Positions 39,601 to 52,318 of a stretch of 64,000 bases of DNA are shown piece by piece. Every line of letters begins with the position of its first letter. The stretch's first letter is position 1. The translations under genes and the position numbers were made by a program. The stretch is from Antedon mediterranea. Lineage: Eukaryota; Animalia; Echinodermata. Under the pieces are notes generated by a model. That model had not been told where the DNA came from, did not search any database, and was given only the letters and a program-made list of their open reading frames with translations. The stretch covers positions 17,605,648-17,669,647 of the forward strand of contig NC_092673.1 in the NCBI RefSeq assembly GCF_964355755.1. The letters are read 5' to 3'.

Positions 39601-39880
39601 ACATCTTGTATTGTGTCGCTCTTCGATCTAAGGCTTAGCAGCGCTTCCCTGCTGTAGACCAGTCTACCGTGACCGATACCATCGACGCTAACACAAAAAA
39701 CACAACATCGTATGAACAGTAAAAGTGACAAAACTCCACAAACCACGTAATTAGATCCACAATACATTCTTACAAGTGTCAATCAACAAGATTACTCCAA
39801 AAAAGTTACTAATTTAACAAAAATCGAATTTAGATCACAACAAGAATCCAGCCTTAGACATCGCCACTGAGCAGCGCCAG
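36686..39880 (-). mobile_element. Rex1/Babar-type LINE, near full length
   Basis: Single EN+RT ORF. 3' stem-loop and (TGAAT)n tail at 36686-36717. 5' boundary approximate. Confidence 0.88.
36843..39782 (-). CDS. APE endonuclease-reverse transcriptase polyprotein (Rex1-like)
   Basis: 979 aa: YSREALL, basic RKRGKKGG, LPTIVLANVRSL, FTETWL, GDFN, SDH, DPLQFAYR, PQGCVLSP, FADD. Confidence 0.9.
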   Translation of the reverse strand: MTLVRMYCGSNYVVCGVLSLLLFIRCCVFCVSVDGIGHGRLVYSREALLSLRSKSDTIQDVTRLSLDIISKGNNYDNNSRHKRRKRGKKGGERQRIRKNKYRLPLPTIVLANVRSLKNKMDEVWTNIRYDRVFREANLLCFTETWLSENVLNESVKIDGFTLIRGDRTKQSGKDIGGGVCLFVNKRWCNITIVRDKQCTPDIELLTISLRPFYCPREFPQLFVTVVYIHPKANSTRAAEILSENTHKLETLSPDAPRLILGDFNQHKLGKVLRIYHQYVTCPTRKDKTIDLCYGTVPSAYRSVALPPLGASDHNCVNLIPKYVPVIQRKDKIVKTVKLWTLDSIERLRGCFECTDWQVFYESSPNLNEMADVITSYVNYCVDSVIPKKEVVVFANNKPWVTKELKDILNKKKRIFYQGTTHDNKQINKEVKVAVRKAKDMYKRKIENKFSSGCIRSAWQGIKHMASINTADKTQRNKINVEGIDDQALPDRLNDFFARFEKHNLKDDTVGNNDPHVDEIIISEDHVRTLLRNINVNKSSGPDGIEGRTLKSCADQLSGVLRYLFQTSINQCVVPNLWKESIIKPIPKQTVIKQLNDLRPIALTSLVMKIFKKIVKTYITSVVESKLDPLQFAYRSGRGVEDAKLFLLNTLYKHLELPRSHARMLFANFSSAFNTMHPYILANKLISNFGFQRDFVLWIISFLTNRCQRVLVNQRQSNVRMTSIGSPQGCVLSPLLYIIYTDDCRSKQDNSHLVKFADDTVLLSLLQNSQDGHGSALDDFIQFCGNSYLELNVTKTKEMIVDFRKEKGRNPRVSIINDEPVDIVHSFKYLGTIFEDNLGWELNTEAIVKKGHQRLYLLRKLNHFNVDKVILRVFYNSFIENVLTFSFICWFFSLRVKEKNSLQRIVNLSSKLIGCQLRSLSSFCDMQTLEKSRAILKNINHALFSDFELMNHGRRFRCPACRTNRKRNSFLPVAIRLLNS

Positions 39881-40154
39881 GTATTCATTGTGAATACCTG
39901 TTTTAACACCCACTTAGCGTATGTGGACTTGTATCAGAATGGATGACACAATTGCAGTAAATGCATAACTAAACAATTAGTTAATGATATGACTAGAAAC
40001 CTACTTAAACAAATTAATTTCAAAAAAATAAAAGTTACAGTTATTTGGCAAATATAATTTGTTATAAACTAGAAATCTAGTTAGTCAACAGCAAAGTAAA
40101 AGATTAGGTCTCTTTAGAATACAGTGTGTGGTATTATGTTTGGACACTAAGAAA

Positions 40155-43100
40155 ACTAGAAAGACACTCCGAGAGTGCATACCTCCGCCTACTGTGAAAT
40201 TCTCCTACATAAGATTTCTCCGGTAAAAAAGAAATATATATATTATATTTGTGTGTGTCTAAATGCTGTTTGTGATTTAGGCTAATTTCACTACACTAGA
40301 TGGCACGCTCGCTTCGCTCGCGTACCATCTAGGTCGTGCCCACAGATGGTTCTCGAATACACAGTATTTCCAGCGAGAAAAAAATGGAGATTTCAAGTGT
40401 ACGTACCGCAGGACTATAATACATTGTCGTTTACAGAAACGAATAAATATACACAATGATTTATGTAGTCAACCAAAATTAGCACCCTGGGAATTACTTC
40501 CGAGAGAGAGAGAGAGAAACAAAATGAGTCAAAATTTTTTATTTGGACTCATTTAAACAAACCCAATTTGTGTTTTGTATGTAACATTAAGGGTTGAGGG
40601 ATGGGGGAAGAAGATAGGTACAAAGAGGAAACATTTTAAAATATATTCTTATCCACTCAGTAATGAAATATTGTTTTTAATGTGTTATAGGCCTATAAAT
40701 AATATACCACTAAATACAGTAAAACATTTACGATTTGATACGGTACTTTGTTAAAACTCTCACTGTCATAGTCGATTGAAATAGTAAAGTACATGTAACG
40801 ATACACCACTACGACGTTTATATATTTTTAAATTATTAATTAATACAAACGTTGAGAAGCAACTGTCAGTAATAACGTTTATTTATTTGTATATTATATG
40901 TTTATAATCTAACAGTAGGGCCTACCCACACTCACAGTAATAAAGTTTATTTGTATATATTTTTATATTACATCTAAAGCTCGAGTCCCACGATCGGGTT
41001 TTTTCTTCCGTCTTCCAAAGGGACTTGTATTGATTGATAGGACGTCAGGAGAAGAGTGTTGCAATCCCACAGTCATTTCTTCACTTGGTCACTAATGACC
41101 TACTTTTTGAATAGAATGTCATAAGCTTGCAATTTAGGGACAATCTTTGTATATTGTAGGTATTCAAGGATTGACCTTGTCAACCATTGTGTAAATACTT
41201 TCTCTGCTCTCTGCTTTGCTATTCTATTTATCATTTAGAATTCAATTGTGATATTGTATTCTTAATACAAATCAAAATGGATTTAGTGTTACTTTCGAAA
41301 GTTTTGATCATTTTGTATATGGTAAGAGAACTAAATAAACGCAAGCAGAAGAAAAAACGATTGCAAAAGAAACGCAGTGTGTGGGTGAAAACATGGATAC
41401 AGCGGCAAAAATCCCATGGAGCATACCATGATTTAATAAAGGAACTGGAAGTAGAAGACATAGAAAAATATAATAATTTTATCTATAATTATATATAAAT
41501 ATATAATATATTATGACTTTTAATAACACTTTATAATCTTTGTATTCCATTCAACTCCTAACTAAAGTTATTTCAGGTATCTATAATCAAAAGATATATA
41601 GTGAACTATATTATCTCTCTGCTACAATATTCAGATGTTGATCCCTACCAAGCCAAATTCCTGCCCATCTGATTGGCTATTGGTGTAAAAAACTGGTGTC
41701 AGTTTCGTTAATAATAGGACATGCACTAAAACTTATAAGTCACTATTTTCTCTCTTTTATACACAAGGGAGCAGTTAAAATAATAGATTTGACCCTAAAG
41801 GTGACTGGAAACAGGCACTTTCCATCAATCAATACAGTGTCCCTTTGGAAGACTGAAGAAAAAACCCGATCGTGGGACTCGAGCTTAACAGTACCAACAC
41901 TCACAGTAAGAAATTTGCGATTCAAATTGCCATCAAAAGTGGTTAATACCTTAACAGTATTGTACAGCATTGCAATACTATTTATGTTTATTCTCCAAGG
42001 GGGCCCATAAATCTAAATCTATACCTCTATGGTTAAACCAAATAATTTGGAATGTTTATTTGTATATTATATGTTTATAATCTAACAGTAGGGCCTACCC
42101 ACACTCACAGTAATAAAGTTTATTTGTATATATTTTTATATTACATCTAACAGTACCAACACTCACAGTAAGAAATTTGCGATTCAAATTGCGATCAAAA
42201 GTGGTTAATACCTTAACAGTATTGTACAGCATTGCAATACTATTTTTGTTTATTCTCCAAGGGGGCCCATAAATCTAAATCTATACCTCTATGGTTAAAC
42301 CAAATAATTTGGAATGTTCCATTCATCACAAATCAATACATTTGTAAAAACGTATATTAAATGTATCAAAATAGTATTTTTTAAAGAAAATCGGCCTGTC
42401 TTCAACATTATGATGCTGTACTCGAACTGTTCAACCGGTTTTCAGCTATTAAAAACAATTATCGTAGGAGGAGATAGGAAAATGCGAAGCCTCCTCGCAT
42501 TTTTGTGGCGGGTATTTTTCAAGATGGACATCCATTAGACAGTGTATACCACGATCGGAAAACACCCCTATTTGGGGCAAATCGTTGAACCTAAATTCGT
42601 TTTAACCGTCAATAACTAATTATCTAACTTAATTTAATTAGTAAACAGGGTTACATCAGGTGGTTAAAATCAGTACCGAAAGTACGAACCAACTTTATAT
42701 ACCATCGAGTAAAAATTCTAGAAGTAAGGCGCGATTTACCGAATTTTGCCCTTACGTAAATTTATATATAGAAGCATGTGTATGCGAGTTTGGTTTAATG
42801 GCTATGTAACAAGTCTTTCAATTAACAATAGCTTCAGTTGACTAACAATAGAACAGCAACGCGAAAATCAAACGAGTGAATTTGAAAAGAAATAGGTTTT
42901 TTAAACTACTCGCATCAAAAAACGTTGTACAAAAATGAAGTTTTTTGGAAAAGTAGTTCTCGAGAAAATGCAATTTTAGTTTATTTGTTACTTTAAGACT
43001 GCTCGCCGGCTTTTGGAAAATTCTGTCCTATCTTTTAACACTAGCAGGTCTGAATAGTATACTAAAAAAGTGTTCCAGAATTGGGACCATGGTCCCAAAT

Positions 43101-43265
43101 GGTCCCAACATTTAGTGGAATGGTCCTTGACCACATATCTATCCGTATATTCATTTTGGTAAAGATCTTGTAATTACTTTTTGAGTAATCCTGCTAACAA
43201 ACAAACAAACAGACAGACAAACAAACCCAGGCGATCGATTACATATACCTCCTTGGCGGAGGTAA
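40155..43265 (-). mobile_element. Helentron-associated non-autonomous element (HINE / DINE-1-like)
   Basis: Sub-terminal inverted repeats TACCTCCGCC (40180-40189) and GGCGGAGGTA (43255-43264). Terminal hairpin CACTC-CGA-GAGTG next to ACTAG. Self-hairpin TACCTCC..GGAGGTA, (ACAA/ACAG)n microsatellite at 43197-43226, and an internal tandem duplication. Confidence 0.7.
40978..41885 (+). mobile_element. PIF/Harbinger deletion derivative
   Basis: ~65-bp TIRs AGCTCGAGTCCCACGATCGGG.. and TAA TSD (40975-40977, 41886-41888). ORF remnant RSVWVKTWIQRQKSHGAYHDLIKELEVED resembles a Harbinger transposase N-terminus. An empty site is present at ~42148. Confidence 0.85.
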
Positions 43266-43912
43266 ACAAGTTTTTATGGAAAATCTTTATAGCCTAAATA
43301 CTTTTGGGGAATTAGAAGGTGATCCATGCAAACTACACAAGTTTAGAAGAAAATAAAATGCAAAGGCTTTGCCACTATGGCTATGTCGAAAAACACCCTT
43401 ATGACATTTTCTTTAAAGAAATTTAATTTCTTAATTGTAGAAACAAACCCATTTTGAGTAAGAAATAGAAAAATGTGAAACTAGAGAAATAAAAGAGGAT
43501 AAATTATGTTTTTTAATAATTTTTCTGTATAAACATACCCAATGTTTGACAATTTTATAGCTAAAACAATTTTTGTCAGATATTTTTCTTATGAAAAAAA
43601 GTACTGTAATTGTTCAGTAAGAGTTGATCAGGAATTGTGTTTCATTTCGGAATCCTTTTAGCCATGTTTGTTTTTGTACTTGAGAAAAATGTTATGCAGA
43701 TTGTCAACAAGCTTAAAACATTGAGAAAAACAAGGGGCCTGATTATTATTAATGACCGTTGTTTGCCTGTTGCCCCTAGATACAGCCAAACAAATCCTAT
43801 CAAAATCATTATCGTCAGTTTAATATTAACTTTGTATTTAAACAAAAGATAAAGTAAAAATCATCTGATTGTTTGAAACATGTATAAAGGTTATACAAAT
43901 GTTTGGTTATTG

Positions 43913-46900
43913 CTTTATGATCCATTTATTAATAGACTAAAATGCACTGCTTCCTCAGGGCTGTTAGTCAGGGTATTTGTGTGGGGTATTGTACTACCTT
44001 ACTTTATGATCCATTTATTAATAGACTAAAATGCACTGCTTCCCCAGGGCTGTTAGACAGGGTATTTGTGTGGGGTATTGTACTACCTTACTTTATGATC
44101 CATTTATTAATAGACTAAAATGCACTGCTTCCTCAGGGCTGTTAGTCAGGGTATTTGTGTGGGGTATTGTACTACCTTACTTTATGATCCATTTATTAAT
44201 AGACTAAAATGCACTGCTTCCCCAGGGCTGTTAGTCAGGGTATTTGTGTGGGGTATTGTACTACCTTACTTTATGATCCATTTATTAATAGACTAAAATG
44301 CACTGCTTCCCCAGGGCTGTTAGTCAGGGTATTTGTGTGGGGTATTGTACTACCTTACTTTATGATCCATTTATTAATAGACTAAAATGCACTGCTTCCC
44401 CAGGGCTGTTAGTCAGGGTATTTGTGTGGGGTATTGTACTACCTTACTTTATGATCCATTTATTAATAGACTAAAATGCACTGCTTCCCCATGGCTGTTA
44501 GTCAAGGGTACTTGTGTGGGGTATTGTACTACCTTACTTTATGATCCATTTATTAATAGACTAAAATGCACTGCTTCCCCAGGGCTGTTAGTCAGGGTAC
44601 TTGTGTGGGGTATTGTACTACCTTACTTTATGATCCATTTATTAATAGACTAAAATGCACTGCTTCCCCAGGGCTGTTAGTCAGGGTATTTGTGTGGGGT
44701 ATTGTACTACCTTACTTTATGATCCATTTATTAATAGACTAAAATGCACTGCTTCCCCAGGGCTGTTAGTCAGGGTATTTGTGTGGGGTATTGTACTACC
44801 TTACTTTATGATCCATTTATTAACAGACTAAAATGCACTGCTTCCCCAGGGCTGTTAGTCAGGGTATTTGTGTGGGGTATTGTACTACCTTACTTTATGA
44901 TCCATTTATTAATAGACTAAAATGCACTGCTTCTCCAGGGCTGTTAGTCAGGGTATTTGTGTGGGGTATTGTACTACCTTTACTTTATGATCCATTTATT
45001 AATAGACTAAAATGCACTGCTTCCCCAGGGCTGTTAGTCAGGGTATTTGTGTGGGGTATTGTACTACCTTACTTTATGATCCATTTATTAATAGACTAAA
45101 ATGCACTGCTTCCCCCAGGGCTGTTAGTCAGGGTATTTGTGTGGGGTATTGTACTACCTTACTTTATGATCCATTTATTAATAGACTAAAATGCACTGCT
45201 TCCCCAGGGCTGTTAGACACAGGGCATTTGTGTGGGGTATTGTACTACCTTACTTTATGATCCATTTATTAATAGACTAAAATGCACTGCTTCCCAGCAG
45301 GGCTGTTAGTCAGGGTATTTGTGTGGGGTATTGTACTACCTTACTTTATGATCCATTTATTAATAGACTAAAATGTACTGCTTCCCCAGGGCTGTTAGTC
45401 AGGGTATTTGTGTGGGGTATTGTACTACCTTACTTTATGATCCATTTATTAATAGACTAAAATGTACTGCTTCCCCAGGGCTGTTAGTCAGGGTATTTGT
45501 GTGGGGTATTGTACTACCTTACTTTATGATCCATTTATTAATAGACTAAAATGCACTGCTTCCCCAGGGCTGTTAGTCAGGGTATTTGTGTGGGGTATTG
45601 TACTACCTTACTTTATGATCCATTTATTAATAGACTAAAATGCACTGCTTCCCAGCAGGGCTGTTAGTCAGGGTATTTGTGTGGGGTATTGTACTACCTT
45701 ACTTTATGATCCATTTATTAATAGACTAAAATGTACTGCTTCCCCAGGGCTGTTAGTCAGGGTATTTGTGTGGGGTATTGTACTACCTTACTTTATGATC
45801 CATTTATTAATAGACTAAAATGTACTGCTTCCCCAGGGCTGTTAGTCAGGGTATTTGTGTGGGGTATTGTACTACCTTACTTTATGATCCATTTATTAAT
45901 AGACTAAAATGCACTGCTTCCCCAGGGCTGTTAGTCAGGGTATTTGTGTGGGGTATTGTACTACTGTACCTTACTTTATGGTCCATTTATTAATAGACTA
46001 AAATGAATTGCTTCCCAGCAAGGCTGTTAGTCAGGGTATTTGTGTGTGGTATTGTACTACCTTACTTTATGATCCATTTATTAATAGACTAAAATGCACT
46101 GCTTCCCCAGGGCTGTTAGTCAGGGTATTTGTGTGGGGTATTGTAAGTACTACCTTACTTTATGATCCATTTATTAATAGACTAACATGCACTGCTTCCC
46201 CAGGGCTGTTAGACAGGGTATTTGTGTGGCGTATTGCACTACCTTACTTTATGATCCATTTATTAATAGACTAAAATGCACTGCTTCCACAAGGCTGTTA
46301 GACAGGGTATTTGTGTGGGGTATTGTACTACCTTACTTTATGATCCATTTATTAATAGATTAAAATGCACTGCTTCCCCAGGGCTGTTAGTCAGGGTATT
46401 TGTGTGGGGTATTGTACTACCTTACTTTATGATCCATTTATTAATAAACTAAAATGCACTGCTTTCCCAGGGCTGTTAGTCAGGGTATTTGTGTGGGGTA
46501 TTGTACTACCTTACTTTATGATCCATTTATTAATAGACTAAAATGCACTGCTTCCCCAGGGCTGTTAGTCAGGGTATTTGTGTGGAGTATTGTACTACCT
46601 TACTTTATGATCCATTTATTAATAGACTAAAATGCACTGCTTCCCCTGGGCTGTTAGTCAAGGGTATTTGTGTGGGGTATTGTACTACCTTACTTTATGA
46701 TCCATTTATTAATAGACTAAAATGCACTGCTTCCCCAGGGCTGTTAGTCAGGGTACTTGTGTGGGGTATTGTACTACCTTACTTTATGATCCATTTATTA
46801 ATAGACTAAAATGCACTGCTTCCCCAGGGCTGTTAGTCAGGGTATTTGTGTGGGGTATTGTACTACCTTACTTTATGATACATTTATTAATAGACTAAAA

Positions 46901-47216
46901 TGCACTGCTTCCCCAGGGCTGTTAGTCAGGGTATTTGTGTGGGGTATTGTACTACCTTACTTTATGATCCATTTATTAATAGACTAAAATGCACTGCTTC
47001 CCCAGGGCTGTTAGTCAAGGGTACTTGTGTGGGGTATTGTACTACCTTACTTTATGATCCATTTATTAATAGACTAAAATGCACTGCTTCCCCATGGCTG
47101 TTAGTCAAGGGTACTTGTGTGGGGTATTGTACTACCTTACTTTATGATCCATTTATTAATAGACTAAAATGCACTGCTTCCCCAAGGCTGTTAGTCAGGG
47201 TATTTGTGTGGGGTAT
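43913..47216. repeat. Tandem satellite, 89-bp unit x ~37
   Basis: CTTTATGATCCATTTATTAATAGACTAAAATGCACTGCTTCCCCAGGGCTGTTAGTCAGGGTATTTGTGTGGGGTATTGTACTACCTTA in near-identical copies. Confidence 0.97.
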
Positions 47217-50200
47217 GCAGTAATACGATAGTTTAGTTTAGTTCTGTAGTTATAATGCTTTATATTTCACATGACAGAAGATTGTAAAAATCTGTTGAAT
47301 CAGTAAGTTTGTCTAACCTGCATAACATAATACCACACTCTTTTTGGTAGAAATACACCAGGAGTAGATCCAGGATTTAGAGGGGACGGCTAATAATAGA
47401 CTGGGGAAAGAAGCCTAGAGAAAGAAGCCTAGGCCCCATGGTTCTAATCAAAATTTTAAAATGTCCTCTTTCGCCATGCTTTTATAAAGTCTCCCACCAT
47501 TTAATTTTTATGATTTCGGACCTCCACATACTAAAATGGCAGTGCGAAATAACACTTTTGGTTTTTAATAATAAATGATATAATTATTAAATAAAGAATT
47601 GTTTATCTCATAATAAATATATTTAATTTAAAATAAAGTTCTGTTCTTATTATCCATAATTGTTATTTTAAAATATTTTGTATAAAGCTGGTAGATTGCT
47701 CACAATAAAATACAGACAGTAGTTTTTGTTTCATTATGCAAAAATATGATTTTTTTTAAATTAATAATTTTTTTTAAATTAATAATTTATAATTAGGTGA
47801 TACATTTAATATCTATAGCTTCTAGTGCATTCTTTATACAAATACCAATTTCTGATAAATAAAATGAATGTGATGTGAAGTAGGATTGGCTTTCCCATGG
47901 ATATCTTTTTTCCTTCTTGATATACCTTAGTACCAATAATTAACCAGTATATAGGCCAATAAATAATATTATCAATAATATTATCACAACATAAAATGGC
48001 ATAGTAGGCCTCTATTAACCAAACAGAGCCTCCTAATTAGCCTTAATATAAATTGTTTTTTATACCTAAACAATTCCTGGTAATCAAAATACACATTATT
48101 ATCCTAAAGCACAAAATATTATTAACAAATATAGCCACGACACTTTATTAATTTTATTTAATCAGCAAAGCATCTATTATGAATTAAAAATACACATAGT
48201 TATGTGATGTTTTGTTCCAAAATCAATAAATCTTATAGTGTACAGTACAAGCGCAAGCAAGTACTTCTGTACACTTTGCACATCAATAATTCACCATCAA
48301 ATATGCAATTACATTTTTAAAAATATAAGAAAACGTTTAAAGTATTTGTTGCTCCTAATCTATACTTTACATGGATTAATGGAGATAATTTTGAAAAAGT
48401 TTGAACTGTATATCACTTGACTTTGAAGTTTAACCCAATGTTGTGACTCTTTGTATATGGCACTAGCTCCGCTCATAATTCATTCGTTTGCATTGGTCGA
48501 ATATGAATTATGATATCTTCCTAACACTATCTTTGTTTAAATGAAGTTTGCAAACGATAGATAGGTAAACAAGACTTATATTTTCTATTATAGGCTAGCA
48601 TGCAAGATTGATTAGGAAGTCATGTGATGCACAGAAGCAGTGACAATTATAAACACCTTATAGTCAAGTAGCGTGTTTATGTAGAGCTTTTCAGTCGAAC
48701 TGATTTACCAGTGGATGGAGGATTGTTTCCAGGGTAGGGTACCAACAATTGTGTTGTTCAGATTCAGTTGTATTGTAGTGTGAGTTTTTATATTATTTTT
48801 ACAGAATATTTAATTTGACTTTACAGAATTGTGCTTTGTTTTATGACAATTACAGGAATAGCAATACTTTGTTTGGAAATGTTGGTTTATGGCAACCCAG
48901 TTGCATCCATTGAAAGTGTTTTCTGACTATTTTATTTTTACTGTACAGCAAAAATTGCAATACAATAAAATTACAGATTTTAATTCGAAATTCAGAGGCT
49001 TAAAAGCTAATCTTGGTGCACACACTACAAGGGTGATAACTATCTTTTGCTCAAATTCTGCCTATGTTATCACTTACCTTTCAGGCCTTTCGTTTAATAG
49101 CACATGAATTGTTCAATAAACTTGAGTTAAAAGGTAATTTCAAACCTACTAATGTCTGTTACAAAGGTCACAGAAGTTAGGCTGCTGAATATCTTTGAAC
49201 AAAACATGTCTGACGTGAAAATAAAAAAAGGTATATTAGTCTGATAGTACAGTGATACGCCCGTATTCTTTAAACCAGACTGTAGTCGTAGTTCGAACTT
49301 CGACTTCAAAAAGTCCTAGTACGAGCTACGGTCTCAAGCCCCCCTTGCCAGGGAGACTAGCTTTCCCACCAAATTTTTGTCGGGGAATATAATATACACA
49401 TTGTTCACGTTCACTTCGTAGCTTCAGCACCTAGAAAACCGCGACGTTCAATTGACCGTGAGTACGTCAGAGGACTATTATTATGCCCTATGCATTCATT
49501 ATTGCTAGCGATCTAACTACTAAACAATAGGAATGCACTTGTCTGGCCTTTGTACGAATCGTTCGCGTTACTTTGTGTACTGTGTATCGACGTACGCTAC
49601 AGCAAAAACAAGTTATGTTAATTATTCGTATGTTCACCAATTTTTTAATTTACAATTAACCCTCTGTACCGTGGGACACCTAAAATAAATATTTCATACA
49701 TTACTAAACAAAAAACATGCTATTTTCGCTTAGCCAACAACATCTTATTATAGTTTAGTTATTAAGTTTTTAATGTCCTGTATGTCATGAACTTCTCACC
49801 ATACTCAAAGTCCAGATGGTAAGCATACATACTTACGAGGTATACTGATTTTCGCGACTGAAAATGGTCTACGCTTGCGGACACACACCACCCACCCACC
49901 CCAATTAACCACTTTTATAAGCCTCTAGGCCCGATGTTTTCAAATTATAAGATGCAATTTTTGAAGACCTGCAGGTCTAGTTTACAAAATTTTCTTAGGT
50001 ACTTATAAATTTCATTTCATATTTCGAAGCACAATAAGTGCATTTTCCAGGACCTATAAACAGCTCTAATTTTCAAAAATGTCTTAGCTCAGTTCCTGCC
50101 TGTGGGTACGTTTTACATTTGTGTATATTTTCTATGCTACAATATACTCGATAAATATAGGCATATTTTGAACTTTAAAGGTCACTTCATTTTTAAAATT

Positions 50201-50794
50201 GAAATGGATTGCCACAGTCATCATTGCGCATCGGTTTTTTGCACGCAGTATTTTATTTATGCATTATGAAAAATGGAAAAAGTGGCTACCCTAAATCTGA
50301 TTAAAATTGCCTCAAATGACGCTAGAACGCGTTGCTTCCGTGGGCTTTGCCCTCTAGACTCCCTGGCGGCCCCCTTGCACCCAGCCTAGAGAGAGATTAA
50401 CAACATTTTTGACCAAATAACTGATATGTTTTTCTGATAGTGATACTCACAATTGCCTAGAGGGATGTTTTTGCTGTTTTTTTGGGGTTTAAAGTAAAGT
50501 GGGCCAAACTGAATGGCAGCCATTTGTTGTGTATTAATTAAAGAAAAGTCATAATTGCCGTTTGGGAAAATGAATCCACAAAACAATGTTTCCAGTTGTT
50601 GATCTGTCAATCAATTATTATGAACAAAATAATTTTTTAAATATTTAAAGATGAGACCATGGCCAGTTTAATATCAACTTGGTGATAAACTTAGATTTTA
50701 CAATCGTACAATGTACACAATAGGCTTTATTTGTTTAACAAGTATAACAGTTTAAAAATCTAAAGTATAATATGTTGTAATGCTAGCACAGGAG

Positions 50795-52165
50795 TCATCT
50801 TCATTCAGTAACGCCAACATACAGGTCATCTTCATGCAGTAACACCAGCATACAGGTCATCTTCATTCAGTAACACCAGCATACAGTTCATCTTCATTCA
50901 GTAACACCATCATACAGGTCATCTTCATTCAGTAACACCAGCATACAGGTCATCTTTATTCAGTAACACTGGCATACAGGTCATCTTCATTCAGTAACAC
51001 CAGCATACAGGTCATCTACATTCAGTAACACCAGCATACAGGTCATCTTCATTCAGTAACACCAGCATACAGGTCATCTCTTCATTCATTAACACCAGCA
51101 TACAGGTCATCTCTTCATTCAGTAACACCAGCATACAGGTCATCTTCATTCAGTAACACCAGCATACAGGTCATCTTCATTCAGTAACACTGGCATACAG
51201 GTCATCTTCATTCAGTAACACCAGCATACAGGTCATCTTCATTCAGTAACACCAGCATACAGGTCATCTTCATTCAGTAACACCAGCGTACAGGTCATCT
51301 TCATTCAGTAACACCAGCATACAGGTCATCTTCATTTATTAACACCAGCATACAGGTCATCTTCATTCAGTAACACCGGCATACAGGTCATCCTTTATTC
51401 AGTAACACCAGCATACAAGTCATCTTCATTCAGTATACACCAGCAAACAGGTCATCTTCATTCAGTAACGCCAGCATACAGGTCATCTTCATGTAGTAAC
51501 ACCAGCAAACAGGTCTTCTTCATTCAGTAACGCCAGCATACAGGTCATCTTCATTCAGTAACACTGGCATACAGGTCATCTTCATTCAGTAACACTGGCA
51601 TACAGGTCATCTTCATTCAGTAACACCAGCATACAGGTTATCTACATTCAGTAACACCAGCATACAGGTCATCTTCATTCAGTAACACCAGCATACAGGT
51701 CATCTTCATTCAGTAACACCAGCATACAGGTCATCTTCATTCATTTACACCAGCATACAGGTCATCTTCATTCAGTAACACCGGCATACAGGTCATCTTC
51801 ATTCAGTAACACCAGCATACAGGTCATCTTCATTCATTTACACCAGCATACAGGTCATCTTCATTCATTAACACCGGCATACAGGTCATCTTCATTCAGT
51901 AACACCAGCATACAGATCATCTTCATTCAGTAACACCAGAATACAGGTCATCTTCATTCAGTAACACTGACATACAGGTCATCTTCATTCAGTAACACCA
52001 GCATACAGATTATCTTCATTCAGTAACACCAGAATACAGGTCATCTTCATTCAGTAACACCAGAATACAGGTCATCTTCATTCAGTAATGCCAGCATACA
52101 GATCATCTTCATTCAGTAACACCAGCATACAGATCATCTTCATTCAGTAATGCCAGCATACAGAT
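50795..52165. repeat. Minisatellite, 31-bp unit x ~44
   Basis: CATACAGGTCATCTTCATTCAGTAACACCAG repeated head to tail. Confidence 0.97.
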
Positions 52166-52318
52166 GCAATTTAATTGTCGTAGCCTTTAATGCAAAGGTT
52201 TCTGTCTGATTAATTATGTTTTACCTTTCATATTTTCAGAACAGAATGTGTAGGCTTACTTTTACACTAGAAGCTATCAGTATTAATAATTGTTAAATGA
52301 ACACACTTTATTTTTGAA

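Noticed and set aside
43913-47223. CRISPR array or repeat-protein ORFs (MHCFPRAVSQG..)
   Set aside because: Head-to-tail 89-bp units with no unique spacers. The unit is not a multiple of 3, so the ORFs are by-products. Eukaryotic context.
50795-52165. 31-bp repeats as CRISPR or coding repeat
   Set aside because: No spacers, and the frame shifts with every unit.
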